The notes beneath the pieces were generated by a model. It had not been told where the DNA came from. It saw only the letters and a list, made by a program, of their open reading frames with translations, and searched no databases. 64,000 nucleotides of DNA from Paraspadella gotoi (lineage: Eukaryota > Animalia > Chaetognatha). The DNA lies in the NCBI GenBank assembly GCA_051294375.1, contig CM119263.1, forward strand, positions 4,515,860-4,579,859, read 5' to 3'. Made by a program: the position numbers and the translations under genes. How positions within the stretch are numbered: the stretch's first letter is position 1; the number at the start of each line of letters is the position of its first letter. Below are positions 26,103-40,089 of this stretch, in pieces.

Positions 26103-27350
26103 GTAGTTAGGAGAAAAATGGTGGGTAAGGAGCTGGGAATCAAATGCAGAGCAGCCGTCCGCTCGAGTTACATAATGTTGGAAGGTACGTTTTGGGCGAC
26201 TAAAAGGATGAGGCATAAAATATGTACGGTTCAGACTTAAGTCGTGCTTTACATCATTTTCGGCCTGACGTTTTACTTTTTTAAATCGTATGTTTAAATA
26301 TTGAACAAAGATCTGTGTAATTGAGCCTAAGTTCGAAGAGCGTGGCTTTGCTCTAACCTTTCTTGAGCTAGTCTCGGAGTTCGCGAGGTCAGGCAGATTC
26401 GAAAGGTAATGGCGGCAGTAAGAGAACGCATGGCGCCCAGGGCATGACGCTCATGAGATGAAGGACGACAAAAGTCTTCCGGCAATATGACCGACGTCGA
26501 CTGAGCAGGACCGACGATTCGGGAGCCGTTGCCGAAGCCCAGGACTTGACCGATCCTGCAAGTAGTCTTTAGTAAAGGTTTAGAAGTCTGGCAAAGGGAT
26601 AGCAAAACATGTATCATCACAAACCTCAGCACAAAATTATCAATAAGTTTAAAAAGATCTTTTCTTACTTGTTTCTTAAGGTACCCTCTTTCACGAACTA
26701 AAGGGTCCACCCACATCCCAGTGATCACAAAATCTAATAAAAATAAGAGAATTCCGAGATATCTAAACGAGTTTGAATTGCAATCTTAAGAAAGCATAAA
26801 AAACTCAGGGAAAGACGAACAAGATCTGATAGTTCCACGTCGACAATATCTTTATTAGAATCTATCGAAATTCCGTAGAACCAATCAGAATCCGCCATGC
26901 ACTGCCTCGGAATACTCAAGTATACCTTAATACATAATCGTAACTTAAGATGTCGCTTTGATCGCTGAAAAGTTGGCAATTCCTTGTCAGTAAAAAAGAA
27001 CAAAAGAGCATCGGGAAAAGTAGAGAAGTTTGGTTATCATCGAAACAATGAATTGTTATTTCGTAACAAAATTATTTTTACAATGTCGTAACGATGTATC
27101 ACATAAGTTTGTGTGTTTGTCCGTCTGAAAAATAGTGTTTTGCGAAATACACTACATGAACAAAAAAATTGTAATGAATAAAAAGATCAGGCGTAAAAGA
27201 TTAACTCGAGGCCTTTAATTCAGAGACTGGATCTTGTTTTCTTTGTAAACTCAAAATATTCTCGCCCCCTCTATCTCTTTCCCCTCTTACCACACACCCC
27301 CAATCCACCTCCACCTACACCACCTCCCGCCACCACCTCCCACCCAAAAG

Positions 27351-27519
27351 GTCACGTGGCTCAAGGACGGATTCGGCGTCTCCGCCTTGACAGGTGCCAA
27401 AGTGGAGTTGGGCGTTCTCTTCATCGAGAGATTGCAGATGCAGCATTTCGGCCAATACACCTGCGTGGCTAAGAATCTCTTCGGCTCCACTACGATGAAT
27501 TTCACCGTGAAGATGCTGC
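27351..27519 (+). CDS. FGFRL1: Exon encoding the C-terminal half of an I-set Ig domain (Ig2) of an FGFRL1/nou-darake-like receptor
   Basis: Acceptor cccaaaAG and donor GTgagt; 169 nt, phase 0 to 1. Translates VTWLKDGFGVSALTGAKVELGVLFIERLQMQHFGQYTCVAKNLFGSTTMNFTVKML, with the Ig hallmarks W-x-K-D-G, G-x-Y-T-C-x-A-x-N-x-x-G and the N-F-T-V G strand. High GC at third codon positions. Phase matches the next exon. The symbol rests mainly on the next exon's motif. Confidence 0.85.
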
Positions 27520-27925
27520 GTGAGTATAGGAGCAAGGGAGAAGGGGGGAGTAGGAGCAGGGAAGGGAAAGCTGGAGCGAAGGGACTAACCGGAGAGACCG
27601 TTGGAGGAGCGAAAGGGTTACCAAAAGTGGAGCGGAAGAGAAAGACATTACGAGAGCCACGGAGAATGGTCATGAGAAAAGTCACACGTTGCCGTAAAAG
27701 TCACGTGTTTAAAATTCAAACGAAGTACGGTATGGCTGCAGTGATAACACTGCCCTCGTAAATAGTAAACATAAAAACATTCAATTTTATTTTTCCGTCA
27801 ATTAAACATTAACATTAACTTTATCAATTTATAAAAACTATTTTACGTTCGATCGTTATATGGACTAATAATTTCTCTCATCTCATATTTTTTTCTTTTC
27901 ACTCCACACTTTATTATTAAATTGA

Positions 27926-28044
<119 letters not shown>

Positions 28045-28046
28045 AG

Positions 28047-28162
28047 AAAAACAAGGCATGCCTGAAGTGATGGCCGTTCATCCTCGAAACCTCACCGTCC
28101 GCTCTCGGCAGCAGGCGACTTTCCAATGCAAAGTCAGGAGCGACGAACAGCCCGCCATCAAG
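28047..28162 (+). CDS. FGFRL1: Exon encoding the N-terminal half of Ig3 of an FGFRL1/nou-darake-like receptor
   Basis: A (CT)n tract ends in ttcAG; donor GTaagt; 116 nt, phase 1 to 0, in frame with the previous exon. Translates (Q)[38 protein letters not shown]. This matches the remembered FGFRL1 Ig3 signature HPxNxTV...[13 protein letters not shown](x)W; canonical FGFRs typically read FxCKVYSD. No kinase exon is seen in the window. Confidence 0.85.
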
Positions 28163-28483
28163 GTAAGTTTGAAAAGTCATCGCCCGACTAATTCCGAAAG
28201 ATGCCATCAGCCACCAGCCGCCTTCGAGCCGAAAAATTTCGGAGCAGTTGTCTAGACTGAGGAGCTGAAAATTGTATTAAATGAACGAAAAATGTCGGGA
28301 ACGAAAAATGTCGGGAACTCAATTAATCGAGACGGCGATACAAAATTTTTCGTCGTCGTCGTCGTCGTCGTCGTTGTTATGATTACATTGACGTCTCGCT
28401 CACGCGTCAAGAAGCAAAAAGGAATTCTGATATTAAAGCTAATTGAAGATTAATATATAACTAAGCATAATTACTTATGAAAG

Positions 28484-28533
<50 letters not shown>

Positions 28534-28596
28534 AAGAAACAAGTACGAGAGAGAGAGAGAGAAGAGAGAAGAGGAGAGAGAAATAAAATGGCAGAG

Positions 28597-28628
<32 letters not shown>

Positions 28629-28730
28629 AGATGTGCGTCTAGATAATGCATCGAAAAAACATCTTCGTTTGCTCAACGGATGCCAAAACAGGCTGAACGC
28701 ACTTGAACCCGGCAGAGGGTTAAAAAAACA

Positions 28731-29881
28731 GATGAAGAGGAGATTGGGGAGCAGATGATGTGGCAGTGAGTGGGATAGAGATGGATCGGTCAACTTGTTG
28801 ATGACGGGATAGGGAGCAGATGATGTGCAGTATGGTGGATAGAGTGAATGGTCTAACTGTTGATGGTTGATAGGTGAGCAGACACTATGTGCCAGATGGT
28901 GGCATAGGCCTGTAAAATCTGCCTTTGTTGGAATTGGACCTTTATTCTTGGTATAATGAGATGTTGTTGAAGACTGGAGGCGACGGAAAGGGACCTTCGG
29001 CTTGGAGACTGGGAGAGGTTGATCGAAGGACATATTGATCTGGGAGCAGAATTGCCGATGTTAGGCAAAAGGACTGTTGTAGTAGCCGGATGTTGGAAAG
29101 TCAGTGGCGAGGGCTGGCTGATTGAGATAAGTGAAAGGATAAGGACTGTCCCTTTGAACGACGATAGTGTAGGATCTATGATCATTGTGGCTAAGATAGA
29201 TGGCTGCTCTGTTTGAAGGATGTTGGAACAAGTTCGAGAGCTGTCTGTTACAGGGGATGTATTGGAACAGTGAAAGGCTGTCTTGTTGATGTAGGATGAA
29301 TGGTCAATAGTGGAATGTTAGGTTCTGTTGAAGGGTTGTCTGTAACAGTGAAGTAGTTACTACTTCATTGCAATCAACACGGAAAAAAAATAAATCATTT
29401 AGTCTCCTTCATTACTTTCCGAAACAGGAAATTTTTTTTCTCCTCTCGTTCTGTTATTTCTCGATTCGCATTCGCGTTATTTGCGGCATTGCGCTGTTTG
29501 GCATCGAGTCAATGAAATGAATTAATCTATGTAGCGTATGTATCATGTAGGGAAGAGGTGGGAAAGGAGGAGGAAGGGGGCGAGGGTGGGAGGAGGGGGA
29601 GAGGGTGGAGAGAGAGGGAACAAAGGAGGAGAGGGAGGTGGGATGTGGAAGGAGGGGGGAGAGGGAGAAGAGAGAGGAAAAACAGGAGAAGAGAGGGGAG
29701 GGAGGTGAGAAAGTGGTCGGTGAGGGAGGAGAAGGAGAGAGGGAGGAACTAGGAGGAGAGAGGGAGTGGGGGGAGAAGTGGGAGAAGGGAGAGAGGAAAG
29801 GAGGATGAAGGGAGGAGCTGAAGGAAAGACGATTTTACTAGCTCATAATTATCAGAACACACCGACAAAACAAACGACCAC

Positions 29882-29931
<50 letters not shown>

Positions 29932-32131
29932 GCAAAAAACCCAAAAACACGTCAAAACCAACCACTTTAGAAAACAAAACAAGATCAATACAAAACAACT
30001 CAAAACTCAGTATTTCCGCAGCTCGAGAGGATAAAAATTTCTTTGGGCAAAAATAACGACGCAAATTCGTATCGATTTCCTTCGTTGAAAAGGTTATGAC
30101 AACAAAAAAACTACATTAAAAACTGTCAATTGTTATTTAGCGTCTTTTGTTAATTTTTTGCGTGTTTAATTATATAATTGTTATTGTAGTTTTCGATATA
30201 AGTTTTTTAAAAAAATTATATCTAAGTATATAACAATTTACAAATTGTAGCGATGAGAAAAAAAAAAAGAACGCGTCCATTTAAAAAAAAAAATAATCGA
30301 CTTTTAAAATTAAGAATTATGAGTCAGTAAGAATAATGAACCAAACAAGTGAAATAAAACAAAAAAATTGAGGAAAGACGATGATTGAAGAATAAATAAC
30401 CAAAAACTGAAGCATACCCCGATACCGGAAAATTATTGTGGAAAAAGAAAAGTTTAATCCACCAAAGGATTATTATTTATTCTATAAAAAATGAAATAAA
30501 TGTTGAGAAGTGAAGTTCGTTNNNNNNNNNNNNNNNNNNNNNNNNNAAGGATGAAGAGGAGATGGGGAGCAGATGATGTGCAGATGAGTGGGATAGTGAG
30601 TGGATGGTCAACTTGTTGATGAGCGGATAGGGAGCAGATGATGTGCAGATGGGTGTGATAGGGAGTGAATGGTCAAATTGTTGATGAGTTGATAGGGAGC
30701 AGATGATGTGCAGATGGGTGGCATAGTCTGTAAATCTCGTCTTTGTTGGAACTTGGAACTTTATTTTGGATAATAGATGTTGTTGAAACTGGGAGGGAGG
30801 AAAGGACTTCGTTGGAACTGGGAGAGGTTGATGAAGGGATGTTGGATCTGGGAGGAATTGCGATGTTGAAGGAAAGGACTGTTGAAGGGATGTTGGAACA
30901 GTGGGAGGCTGTCTGTTGAAGGGATGTTGGAATAGTGAGAGGCTGTCTGTTGAAGGGATGTTGGAACAGTGGGAGGCTGTCTGTTGAAGGGATGTTGGAA
31001 CAGTGAAAGGCTGTCTTTTGAAGGGATGATGGAATAGTGAAATGTTGTCTGTTGAAGGGATGTTGGAACAGTGAAGTAGTTCTACTTCTCATCAAACGGA
31101 TAAAAAAAAATCATTAGTCGCTTCGATTCTTCGAACAGGAATTTTTTTTTCTCTCTCTTCTCGATTCTCGATTCGCGATTCGCGATTCGCGATTCGCGTT
31201 GGCATCGAGATCAATGAAATTTGAATATTGGATGAAGAGGAAGAGGTGGGAAAGGAGGAGGAAGGGGGCGAGGGTGGGAGGAGGGGGAGAGGGTGGAGAG
31301 AGAGGGAACAAAGGAGGAGAGGGAGGTGGGATGTGGAAGGAGGGGGGAGAGGGAGAAGAGAGAGGAAAAACAGGAGAAGAGAGGGGAGGGAGGTGAGAAA
31401 GTGGTCGGTGAGGGAGGAGAAGGAGAGAGGGAGGAACTAGGAGGAGAGAGGGAGTGGGAGGAGAGTGGGAGAAGGGAGAGAGGAAGAGGAAGGATGAAAG
31501 GGAGGAGCTGAAGGAAGACGATTTACTACTCAATAATTACCAGAACAACAACGACAACAACGACCAAAAAAAAACCAAAAAACCCAAAACACGTCAAAAC
31601 CAACCACTAGAACAACAACAAGAATCAATACAACAACAACTCAAGTATTTCCACAGCTCGATGAGGATAAAAATTCTTTGGGCAAAATAACGACGCATTC
31701 GGTCGATTTCCTTCGTTGAAAAGGTTATGACACAAAAAACTCGATTAAACTTCAATTGTTATTAGCGTCTTTTTGTTAATTTTTGCGTGTTTAATTATAT
31801 AATTGTTAATTGTAGTTTCGATATAAGTTTTTAAAATAATTATATGTAAGTATATAACAATTTACAAAATTGTAGACGATCAAAGAAAAAAAGAACGCGT
31901 CACAATTTAAAAAAAAAATAATCGACTTTTAAAATTAAGAATTATGAGTCAGTAAAGAATAATGAACCAAACAAGTGAAAATAAAACAAGAAAAATTGAG
32001 GAAAGACGATGATGAAGAATAATTAACCAAAAACTGAAGCATCCGAAAAATATTGTGAAAAAGAAAAGTTTATCACAAAGGATTAATTATTTATTCTAAA
32101 AATGAAAATAAATGTTGAGAAGTGAATCGTT
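28731..32131. repeat. Direct duplication (28731-30521 and 30550-32131) either side of a 25-N gap; probable assembly artefact
   Basis: The copies are collinear end to end. The left copy (about 1790 nt) is about 13% longer than the right (about 1580 nt) through scattered small insertions and homopolymer expansion. Confidence 0.9.
30879..31075. repeat. 34-bp minisatellite (ctgttgaagggatgttggaacagtgggaggctgt) x6
   Basis: Head-to-tail copies; a degraded second rendering lies at about 29070-29350. Confidence 0.9.
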
Positions 32132-35100
32132 AACGAGAGAACTGCGATCAATGAGAGGGAATATTGGAAGGGCGAACGAGGAGAAGGACGAAGTAGGAAA
32201 GGCGAATTGCGACGAAGAAAAGGACGACGACGACGACGACGACGAAGACGAAGATGACGACAACGACGACAAAAACTCCAACAGGCGACAAGGAAAACTT
32301 AATTTCGCGATATTATATTTATCGGTCACGATTTTAAAAGTCAAGAAGTAACGTTCAAATTAATAGAACGAACAAAATGCGTTTAATTTTTTTTCAAAAG
32401 AGGATTTAATAAAAAAAAAACTAATCTAATTTGTATTAGCAGTCGATTAGATTAAAAGAAAAAAAATAATAATAATTTTATTTTCAAGAAATAAGTGACA
32501 AAAAAATGAATATATTGCAACGTTCAACAATATAATTCTCTGAAATCCTTATCATTCAACTAANNNNNNNNNNNNNNNNNNNNNNNNNNNNNNNNNNNNN
32601 NNNNNNNNNNNNNNNNNNNNNNNNNNNNNNNNNNNNNNNNNNNNNNNNNNNNNNNNNNNNNNNNNNNNNNNNNNNNNNNNNNNNNNNNNNNNNNNNNNNN
32701 NNNNNNNNNNNNNNNNNNNNNNNNNNNNNNNNNNNNNNNNNNNNNNNNNNNNNNNNNNNNNNNNNNNNNNNNNNNNNNNNNNNNNNNNNNNNNNNNNNNN
32801 NNNNNNNNNNNNNNNNNNNNNNNNNNNNNNNNNNNNNNNNNNNNNNNNNNNNNNNNNNNNNNNNNNNNNNNNNNNNNNNNNNNNNNNNNNNNNNNNNNNN
32901 NNNNNNNNNNNNNNNNNNNNNNNNNNNNNNNNNNNNNNNNNNNNNNNNNNNNNNNNNNNNNNNNNNNNNNNNNNNNNNNNNNNNNNNNNNNNNNNNNNNN
33001 NNNNNNNNNNNNNNNNNNNNNNNNNNNNNNNNNNNNNNNNNNNNNNNNNNNNNNNNNNNNNNNNNNNNNNNNNNNNNNNNNNNNNNNNNNNNNNNNNNNN
33101 NNNNNNNNNNNNNNNNNNNNNNNNNNNNNNNNNNNNNNNNNNNNNNNNNNNNNNNNNNNNNNNNNNNNNNNNNNNNNNNNNNNNNNNNNNNNNNNNNNNN
33201 NNNNNNNNNNNNNNNNNNNNNNNNNNNNNNNNNNNNNNNNNNNNNNNNNNNNNNNNNNNNNNNNNNNNNNNNNNNNNNNNNNNNNNNNNNNNNNNNNNNN
33301 NNNNNNNNNNNNNNNNNNNNNNNNNNNNNNNNNNNNNNNNNNNNNNNNNNNNNNNNNNNNNNNNNNNNNNNNNNNNNNNNNNNNNNNNNNNNNNNNGCGG
33401 CGGCGGCGGCGGCGGCGGTGATCTCTTTCGTTTTCCGGTTTTAACGTTCGGCGATTTTTGTGGAATTCGTGATTTTTGTGATTGTGGGTTGTGAAGGTGG
33501 TGATTGGTGATTGGTGAATGGTTGTGATTTTGCGTAGAAGATGCTGATGGTCAGAGGGGTAAGGGTTGCAGGAACTTATGAAATTGTATTGTTTTTGTTT
33601 GTTTTATGTGTGTTGTTTTATTTTTTTTTCACACTTTCTTCAATTGTTTCATAAAAAAAATTGCTTTGTTTTTTTTTTCCGAATTTTCAGTTTAGAATGG
33701 GTAAAATTATATGTCCTTATCTTGTAAGAGTGATGGAGACCTTAAACCACCAAAGCCTGTCCGAAGTTAGGGGCAAGATAGCTTATTTATTAAATGAATA
33801 GTTAATTTGTTTATTGGTTGTACCAATTTCATAAAAAATTTGGTTCAGCTTCACATTATATTAAAATAACATAAAGTTTCACATTTAAAAAGAATCTTTT
33901 TGTCTCAGACTCGTGCGCTTCTCTTTCTCATATTTTACATCTTTATGTTATATATAAAGGGACCTGCTATGTCATTATCTTGTAAGAGTGATGNNNNNNN
34001 NNNNNNNNNNNNNNNNNNNNNNNNNNNNNNNNNNNNNNNNNNNNNNNNNNNNNNNNNNNNNNNNNNNNNNNNNNNNNNNNNNNNNNNNNNNNNNNNNNNN
34101 NNNNNNNNNNNNNNNNNNNNNNNNNNNNNNNNNNNNNNNNNNNNNNNNNNNNNNNNNNNNNNNNNNNNNNNNNNNNNNNNNNNNNNNNNNNNNNNNNNNN
34201 NNNNNNNNNNNNNNNNNNNNNNNNNNNNNNNNNNNNNNNNNNNNNNNNNNNNNNNNNNNNNNNNNNNNNNNNNNNNNNNNNNNNNNNNNNNNNNNNNNNN
34301 NNNNNNNNNNNNNNNNNNNNNNNNNNNNNNNNNNNNNNNNNNNNNNNNNNNNNNNNNNNNNNNNNNNNNNNNNNNNNNNNNNNNNNNNNNNNNNNNNNNN
34401 NNNNNNNNNNNNNNNNNNNNNNNNNNNNNNNNNNNNNNNNNNNNNNNNNNNNNNNNNNNNNNNNNNNNNNNNNNNNNNNNNNNNNNNNNNNNNNNNNNNN
34501 NNNNNNNNNNNNNTTCTTGGGTTTTATTGGGTTTAAACTCCTTGAGAGCTCAAGGCTAATGTCCACCATTGGCCGATACGAGAGAACGATTCCATACATG
34601 GAAGCGAGGGGCGAAAACGCTGCGGCGGCGGGAGCGACAGCGGGAGCGGCGGTGGCGTTGTTTTAGGTGCCGCAGTTGTTTTTGTTGTTGTTTTCGTAAG
34701 CGTTTTTACGTTAGTCTTTTACGCCATTCCTTTATTTCCTTATTTTCTCTCATTCTCCTTTTCCTTTTATTCTTTTATAACTTCCTTTCATCTCCACGTT
34801 TTTTTTTAAATTATCTTTTGCCAACAAATAATCCATTGATAATTTAAATTTGTCGATATTCCTGGCACGAATCTGCTTTAATGTGACAAGTCTGTATTGT
34901 CACGACCGCCTCTGTATCGAGTATCGATTGTGTTTATTATCTTCTATTACTTCTATTTGATCCGCTTTTTTCTCGCTTCTCGTCTCTTCCCTCGTTTCCC
35001 TTTCCGCTCCTCGTCGTTCTTCACCTTCCGCTTCCCGTCTTGCATTGCGTTTCCGCTTCCCGTCAACATTCCTTCCGTTTCCCGTCATCTTCGATTCCTN

Positions 35101-36959
35101 NNNNNNNNNNNNNNNNNNNNNNNNNNNNNNNNNNNNNNNNNNNNNNNNNNNNNNNNNNNNNNNNNNNNNNNNNNNNNNNNNNNNNNNNNNNNNNNNNNNN
35201 NNNNNNNNNNNNNNNNNNNNNNNNNNNNNNNNNNNNNNNNNNNNNGCGCGGCTCACCGGTCATTACCCACTCGATTTAACCCTTGTCTATGACTCGTTCT
35301 CTTTTAAATCACTTTAGATCATCTACGCCACATTTAGCGCCATTTCATCCTTAAACTCTTCACTTTTTCTCGGGAGACAATTTAAAGACTTTAGTTTCCT
35401 CGTTTTCCTTTTTGATAAAGTAGCCGAGGGGAAGTTTAATATTTACTTTAATACAGTGTTTAACTTTAAGCAGATTCTAAATCGAACCTTGATTTTTTTA
35501 TAAATAGCTCGTAATCTCATTGTTACTCTTATACTTATGATTTGCTTGATTTAATTCTAATTTTTTTTTTTCAAGAAAAAAACATCATTCGTTTTAAACT
35601 CAATTTTGTCTCCTAAATAAACTTGAATTTCGTAAGCAATATTTTCTCTTTCAGTATGATACTTTGAGCCATTTTAAGTCAAGTCATTTTTTGGCTTCTA
35701 AACTTTTCATAACCAAACCTTAATAGTCTGGGAAGAAGTGTGTCTGGACATTGAAATGTGTGGGGATTTATCACTCTTTTATTGTTNNNNNNNNNNNNNN
35801 NNNNNNNNNNNNNNNNNNNNNNNNNNNNNNNNNNNNNNNNNNNNNNNNNNNNNNNNNNNNNNNNNNNNNNNNNNNNNNNNNNNNNNNNNNNNNNNNNNNN
35901 NNNNNNNNNNNNNNNNNNNNNNNNNNNNNNNNNNNNNNNNNNNNNNNNNNNNNNNNNNNNNNNNNNNNNNNNNNNNNNNNNNNNNNNNNNNNNNNNNNNN
36001 NNNNNNNNNNNNNNNNNNNNNNNNNNNNNNNNNNNNNNNNNNNNNNNNNNNNNNNNNNNNNNNNNNNNNNNNNNNNNNNNNNNNNNNNNNNNNNNNNNNN
36101 NNNNNNNNNNNNNNNNNNNNNNNNNNNNNNNNNNNNNNNNNNNNNNNNNNNNNNNNNNNNNNNNNNNNNNNNNNNNNNNNNNNNNNNNNNNNNNNNNNNN
36201 NNNNNNNNNNNNNNNNNNNNNNGAGAGAGAGAGAGAGAGTCGATAAATATGAGGTGGAGAACCTGAAAAAAAGCTCCGAGTGACAAAGACAAACGGAGAA
36301 ATAGACGATGACACTAATGAATGAAGGAGATCAATCGAATGAATGAATCAATGAATAAATGAATGAATGAATGAATGAATTAATTAATGAATTAATGAAT
36401 GAATGAACGAATCAATCAATCAATCAATCAATGCATCAATGAATCAATGAAACATTCAATCAATCAACAAGGTAAACAATCACTAAATCAGTCAATCTAT
36501 CAATCAGTCAATGAATTCAGAGAGAGAGAGAGAATTAAAGCAATACTGTCCTATAAAAATCAGCGCACCGAAAACACAGTCTCGTCGATCTGTGGAAACT
36601 ATGAATCATGTTTCGGCGAAACAGACGAAAAAACAAAAAGAAAACAAAAAGAAAACAAGTTTGAGAAAACGATCATTATCTGTAATTAAATAATTAATAA
36701 TTAATTAATTAATAATCAATTAATTCAAGTTAATTAATTATCGGTAATTAAATAATTAATAATTAATTAATTCAAGTTAATTAATTAATTAACTTGATCC
36801 GAAATGTTTGTTTTTATTGATTAATTGACTGATTAATTAATAATTGATTAATTAATTGACTAATTGATTAATTAACTGATTAATTATTTGATTAATTTAT
36901 ACATCTTGCATTTACATTTAATATAAAAAGAAAAAGAAGCATAATCAATTAGTGAAAAA

Positions 36960-37451
36960 CTCTTTTTGTTTTTTTCTATTTAAACTCATTTCCACTCAAA
37001 CGATTCCATCAAAACTTGATTTCCAGCTTAATCACACACTTTCCTACCCACATACAAAATTTTAGGTCAATTGCCCATCCACACATGAGTAATTGGTGTT
37101 CAAATAATGAAATATAATTTTTTTGTTTTTTCCATTTAAATTCATTTCCGCACGGACGATTCCAATGAAACTTCAAATCCAGCTCAATCACACACTTCCA
37201 TACCCACACACAAAATTTCATTCCAATCCATCTATCCAATCACGAGTAATATGTATTTTTTGTTAAGGTGGGACGGACGGACAGACAGACGGACAGACAG
37301 ACGGACATCGTTTTTTTTTGCATAATTTATCATAAATCGATTTTCTGACATGAAATAAGTTAATGTCCGACAAGATTGAGGGGGCGGACCGACGGACCGA
37401 CAAAGTGAATTATAGAGTCGGGATCTGCTGATAACCAGATCCGACTAAAAA
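36960..37451. mobile_element. Non-autonomous Helentron/HINE (DINE-1-like) rolling-circle element
   Basis: Terminal stem-loop agtcgggatctg-ctgataac-cagatccgact (37416-37446) abutting an A5/T5 run; a (GGAC/AGAC)n microsatellite at about 37270-37306; two diverged internal repeats about 156 bp apart (36979, 37135) with aaaattt(ca) cores. This architecture is characteristic of DINE-1/HINE elements. The left boundary is approximate. Confidence 0.65.
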
Positions 37452-38865
37452 CGGAGGCAATTATCCCAGGAAATGAAGCATCGACCCTCGATTTCGTTTC
37501 GCGATGCCGAGTTGTTGTTGTTGTTGTCGTCGTTGTTGTCGATTCGAGTTCATTGTTCGTTTCTCGGGAGTAAAATCAGTGCAAGCTTTCTGTTTTCAAC
37601 ATAGCTAAGGGCAAGCATCCTATTTTAAAATCAAACATTTTATTTTCTGTTAGATTTGATACAAGCATCCTATTTTGGGAGCGAGAACTTCCTTTTCTGC
37701 TCGATTTGGTGAAAGGCTCCTGTTGTCGGAATTTAACTTATTCAAAGAATATGATTTTTGACGTACAAGCTTTGGTGCACGCACAAACTGCTTAGGTTTA
37801 AGACGATAATTCAGGTCTTTCCTATTTGCTTGGTGATTTCACTTCGAAGGAGTAGTTTACCAATCAATATACTCAATCTAATCGCCTTCGCTTTCCATTT
37901 ACGCCTTCGCAAATTTTCCGTTGTTGTTGTAGTCGTCGTCTTCGTCGTCGTCGTCGTCGTCGTCGTCGACTTCGCATCTCACCAATTATTTTTTTTCTCT
38001 TTTTTTTTATCTCGCAATTTTGCAAGAAGAAGATTAGAAGGAGATGGGAAGGAGATGGAAGAAGAAGAGCAAAAAATAAAGGGGAATGAGTTGGAAGAAG
38101 CAGAAATGAAGTTNNNNNNNNNNNNNNNNNNNNNNNNNNNNNNNNNNNNNNNNNNNNNNNNNNNNNNNNNNNNNNNNNNNNNNNNNNNNNNNNNNNNNNN
38201 NNNNNNNNNNNNNNNNNNNNNNNNNNNNNNNNNNNNNNNNNNNNNNNNNNNNNNNNNNNNNNNNNNNNNNNNNNNNNNNNNNNNNNNNNNNNNNNNNNNN
38301 NNNNNNNNNNNNNNNNNNNNNNNNNNNNNNNNNNNNNNNNNNNNNNNNNNNNNNNNNNNNNNNNNNNNNNNNNNNNNNNNNNNNNNNNNNNNNNNNNNNN
38401 NNNNNNNNNNNNNNNNNNNNNNNNNNNNNNNNNNNNNNNNNNNNNNNNNNNNNNNNNNNNNNNNNNNNNNNNNNNNAAAGAAAAAGAAAAAGAAAAAGAA
38501 AAAGAAAAAGAAGAAGTAAAAAAAGAGAAATTTCCAAATACGAAATATTTGAGGTTGCTGTAATGAAATGTGAATTCGACTGGAATCTTAGAGTGTGAAT
38601 ATGGAGGAAGTGAATATCAAGACAAGCGTTTTTGATAAATCGATTTGATAAATAATACAATTCGATCTTTAATGATTTTAAAATTAAATTGTCTTTTTAA
38701 TTTTTTTCTCACGTAGTTTTGGCTTTGGTCTAATCGTAACTTTAAAAATGTCAATTATACGTACAATTTGTATAGGAAAACATTTAAAAGGCAGAAAAGG
38801 CGGACTTAGCCACTGATAAGTTAGACGCAATTGACACGAAAAAAAATAGAATGAAAATAAAATAT

Positions 38866-38896
<31 letters not shown>

Positions 38897-39227
38897 CTTA
38901 AAGTAAATGAATATATTTAATAAAGAAGGCAACGAAGAAAAAAGTAAAGGAAAAAAGGCGAAAAAAAAAATCAAAAATAAAGCGTAAAAAAAGCAGATAA
39001 AAAGCGGAAGATCCGAGTATCAAGAGATTAAATAGAGATGAGGTTTCGTCTACTGTAGGGCGAAAAGGGAGGAGGAGGAGGAGAAGGAGGAGGAGGAAGA
39101 GATGACATGATAATTGCCCTGGACCTTCTTTTTCACCTACCGTTTTGGCCTGGCTATTTTTACCTTCATTCGGTTGCTTTGTTCTCTGTCTCTGTTTTAT
39201 CTCTCTCTCTCTTTATCTCTCTCTCTC

Positions 39228-39263
<36 letters not shown>

Positions 39264-39942
39264 CCCCTCCCTCCCCCTCTCTCTCTCTCCGCCTCGGATC
39301 TCTTTGTCACAACCTGGTTGTCTTTACCTTTCACGAAGAAAACGGAGAATTTTGAACCAGAGCCAATCGAAGGTTGACACGTTTTCCTAATGGAAATTTC
39401 TATTTTTCTTTCGACTTCCTCCTTTTTCTTGGAAACGAATGGACGATGCAATGACAAAATTGTGATAGAACTATGACAGAATTATGACAGAAAATCTATA
39501 ATGATATCGGAAAAGAAAGAAAGTTGATATTAAGCAAAAAGAGACTTATTAACGAAAGCTCAGTTCAGAAGCTTGGTAAATTAAGTTTATTCCTTGCAAA
39601 TTACTTGCAATCTGCAATATGTACTGTTTTTAATATATAAATGCACAAATTACATATGTTTGCCGAAAGAAATAATTCATCAACAAAGAATACATGGGAA
39701 AAAAATTTCGAACAATAAAGAAAAGTTTTGAGAGAAAATATTTTTTTTCTTTATCTATTTTAGTCGCTTCGCTGCTTTTTCGCAGTTTTTGCTTTTAGCT
39801 TTTTTTTGCATCTTTGCGTTTTCTCAACGGCTGAGCTTTTAAAACGACGACGACGACGACGACGACGACGACGTCCACCACGTCAAGTATAGTGATGAGG
39901 AATCCACATAACGATAACAGGGACGGCGTCGTCGATGACAAC

Positions 39943-39998
<56 letters not shown>

Positions 39999-40025
39999 CA
40001 ACGATGATGATGATGATGATGAATC

Positions 40026-40089
<64 letters not shown>

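Noticed and set aside
26103-26184. Reading VVRRKMVGKELGIKCRAAVRSSYIMLE as the Ig2 N-terminal half
   Set aside because: Superficially like RRVIARPVGSSVRLKC, but it lacks GxPxP and its donor (g|GTacgt) is phase 1, incompatible with the phase-0 VTWLKDG exon. Disfavoured rather than excluded.
28731-32131. Genuine segmental tandem duplication
   Set aside because: One copy has the insertion-rich profile of raw long reads and the junction is a 25-N scar; an artefact is far more likely.
36685-36900. TAATTA-rich palindromic block as a homeodomain-site cluster or structured RNA
   Set aside because: Low-complexity AT repeat whose self-complementarity is trivial.
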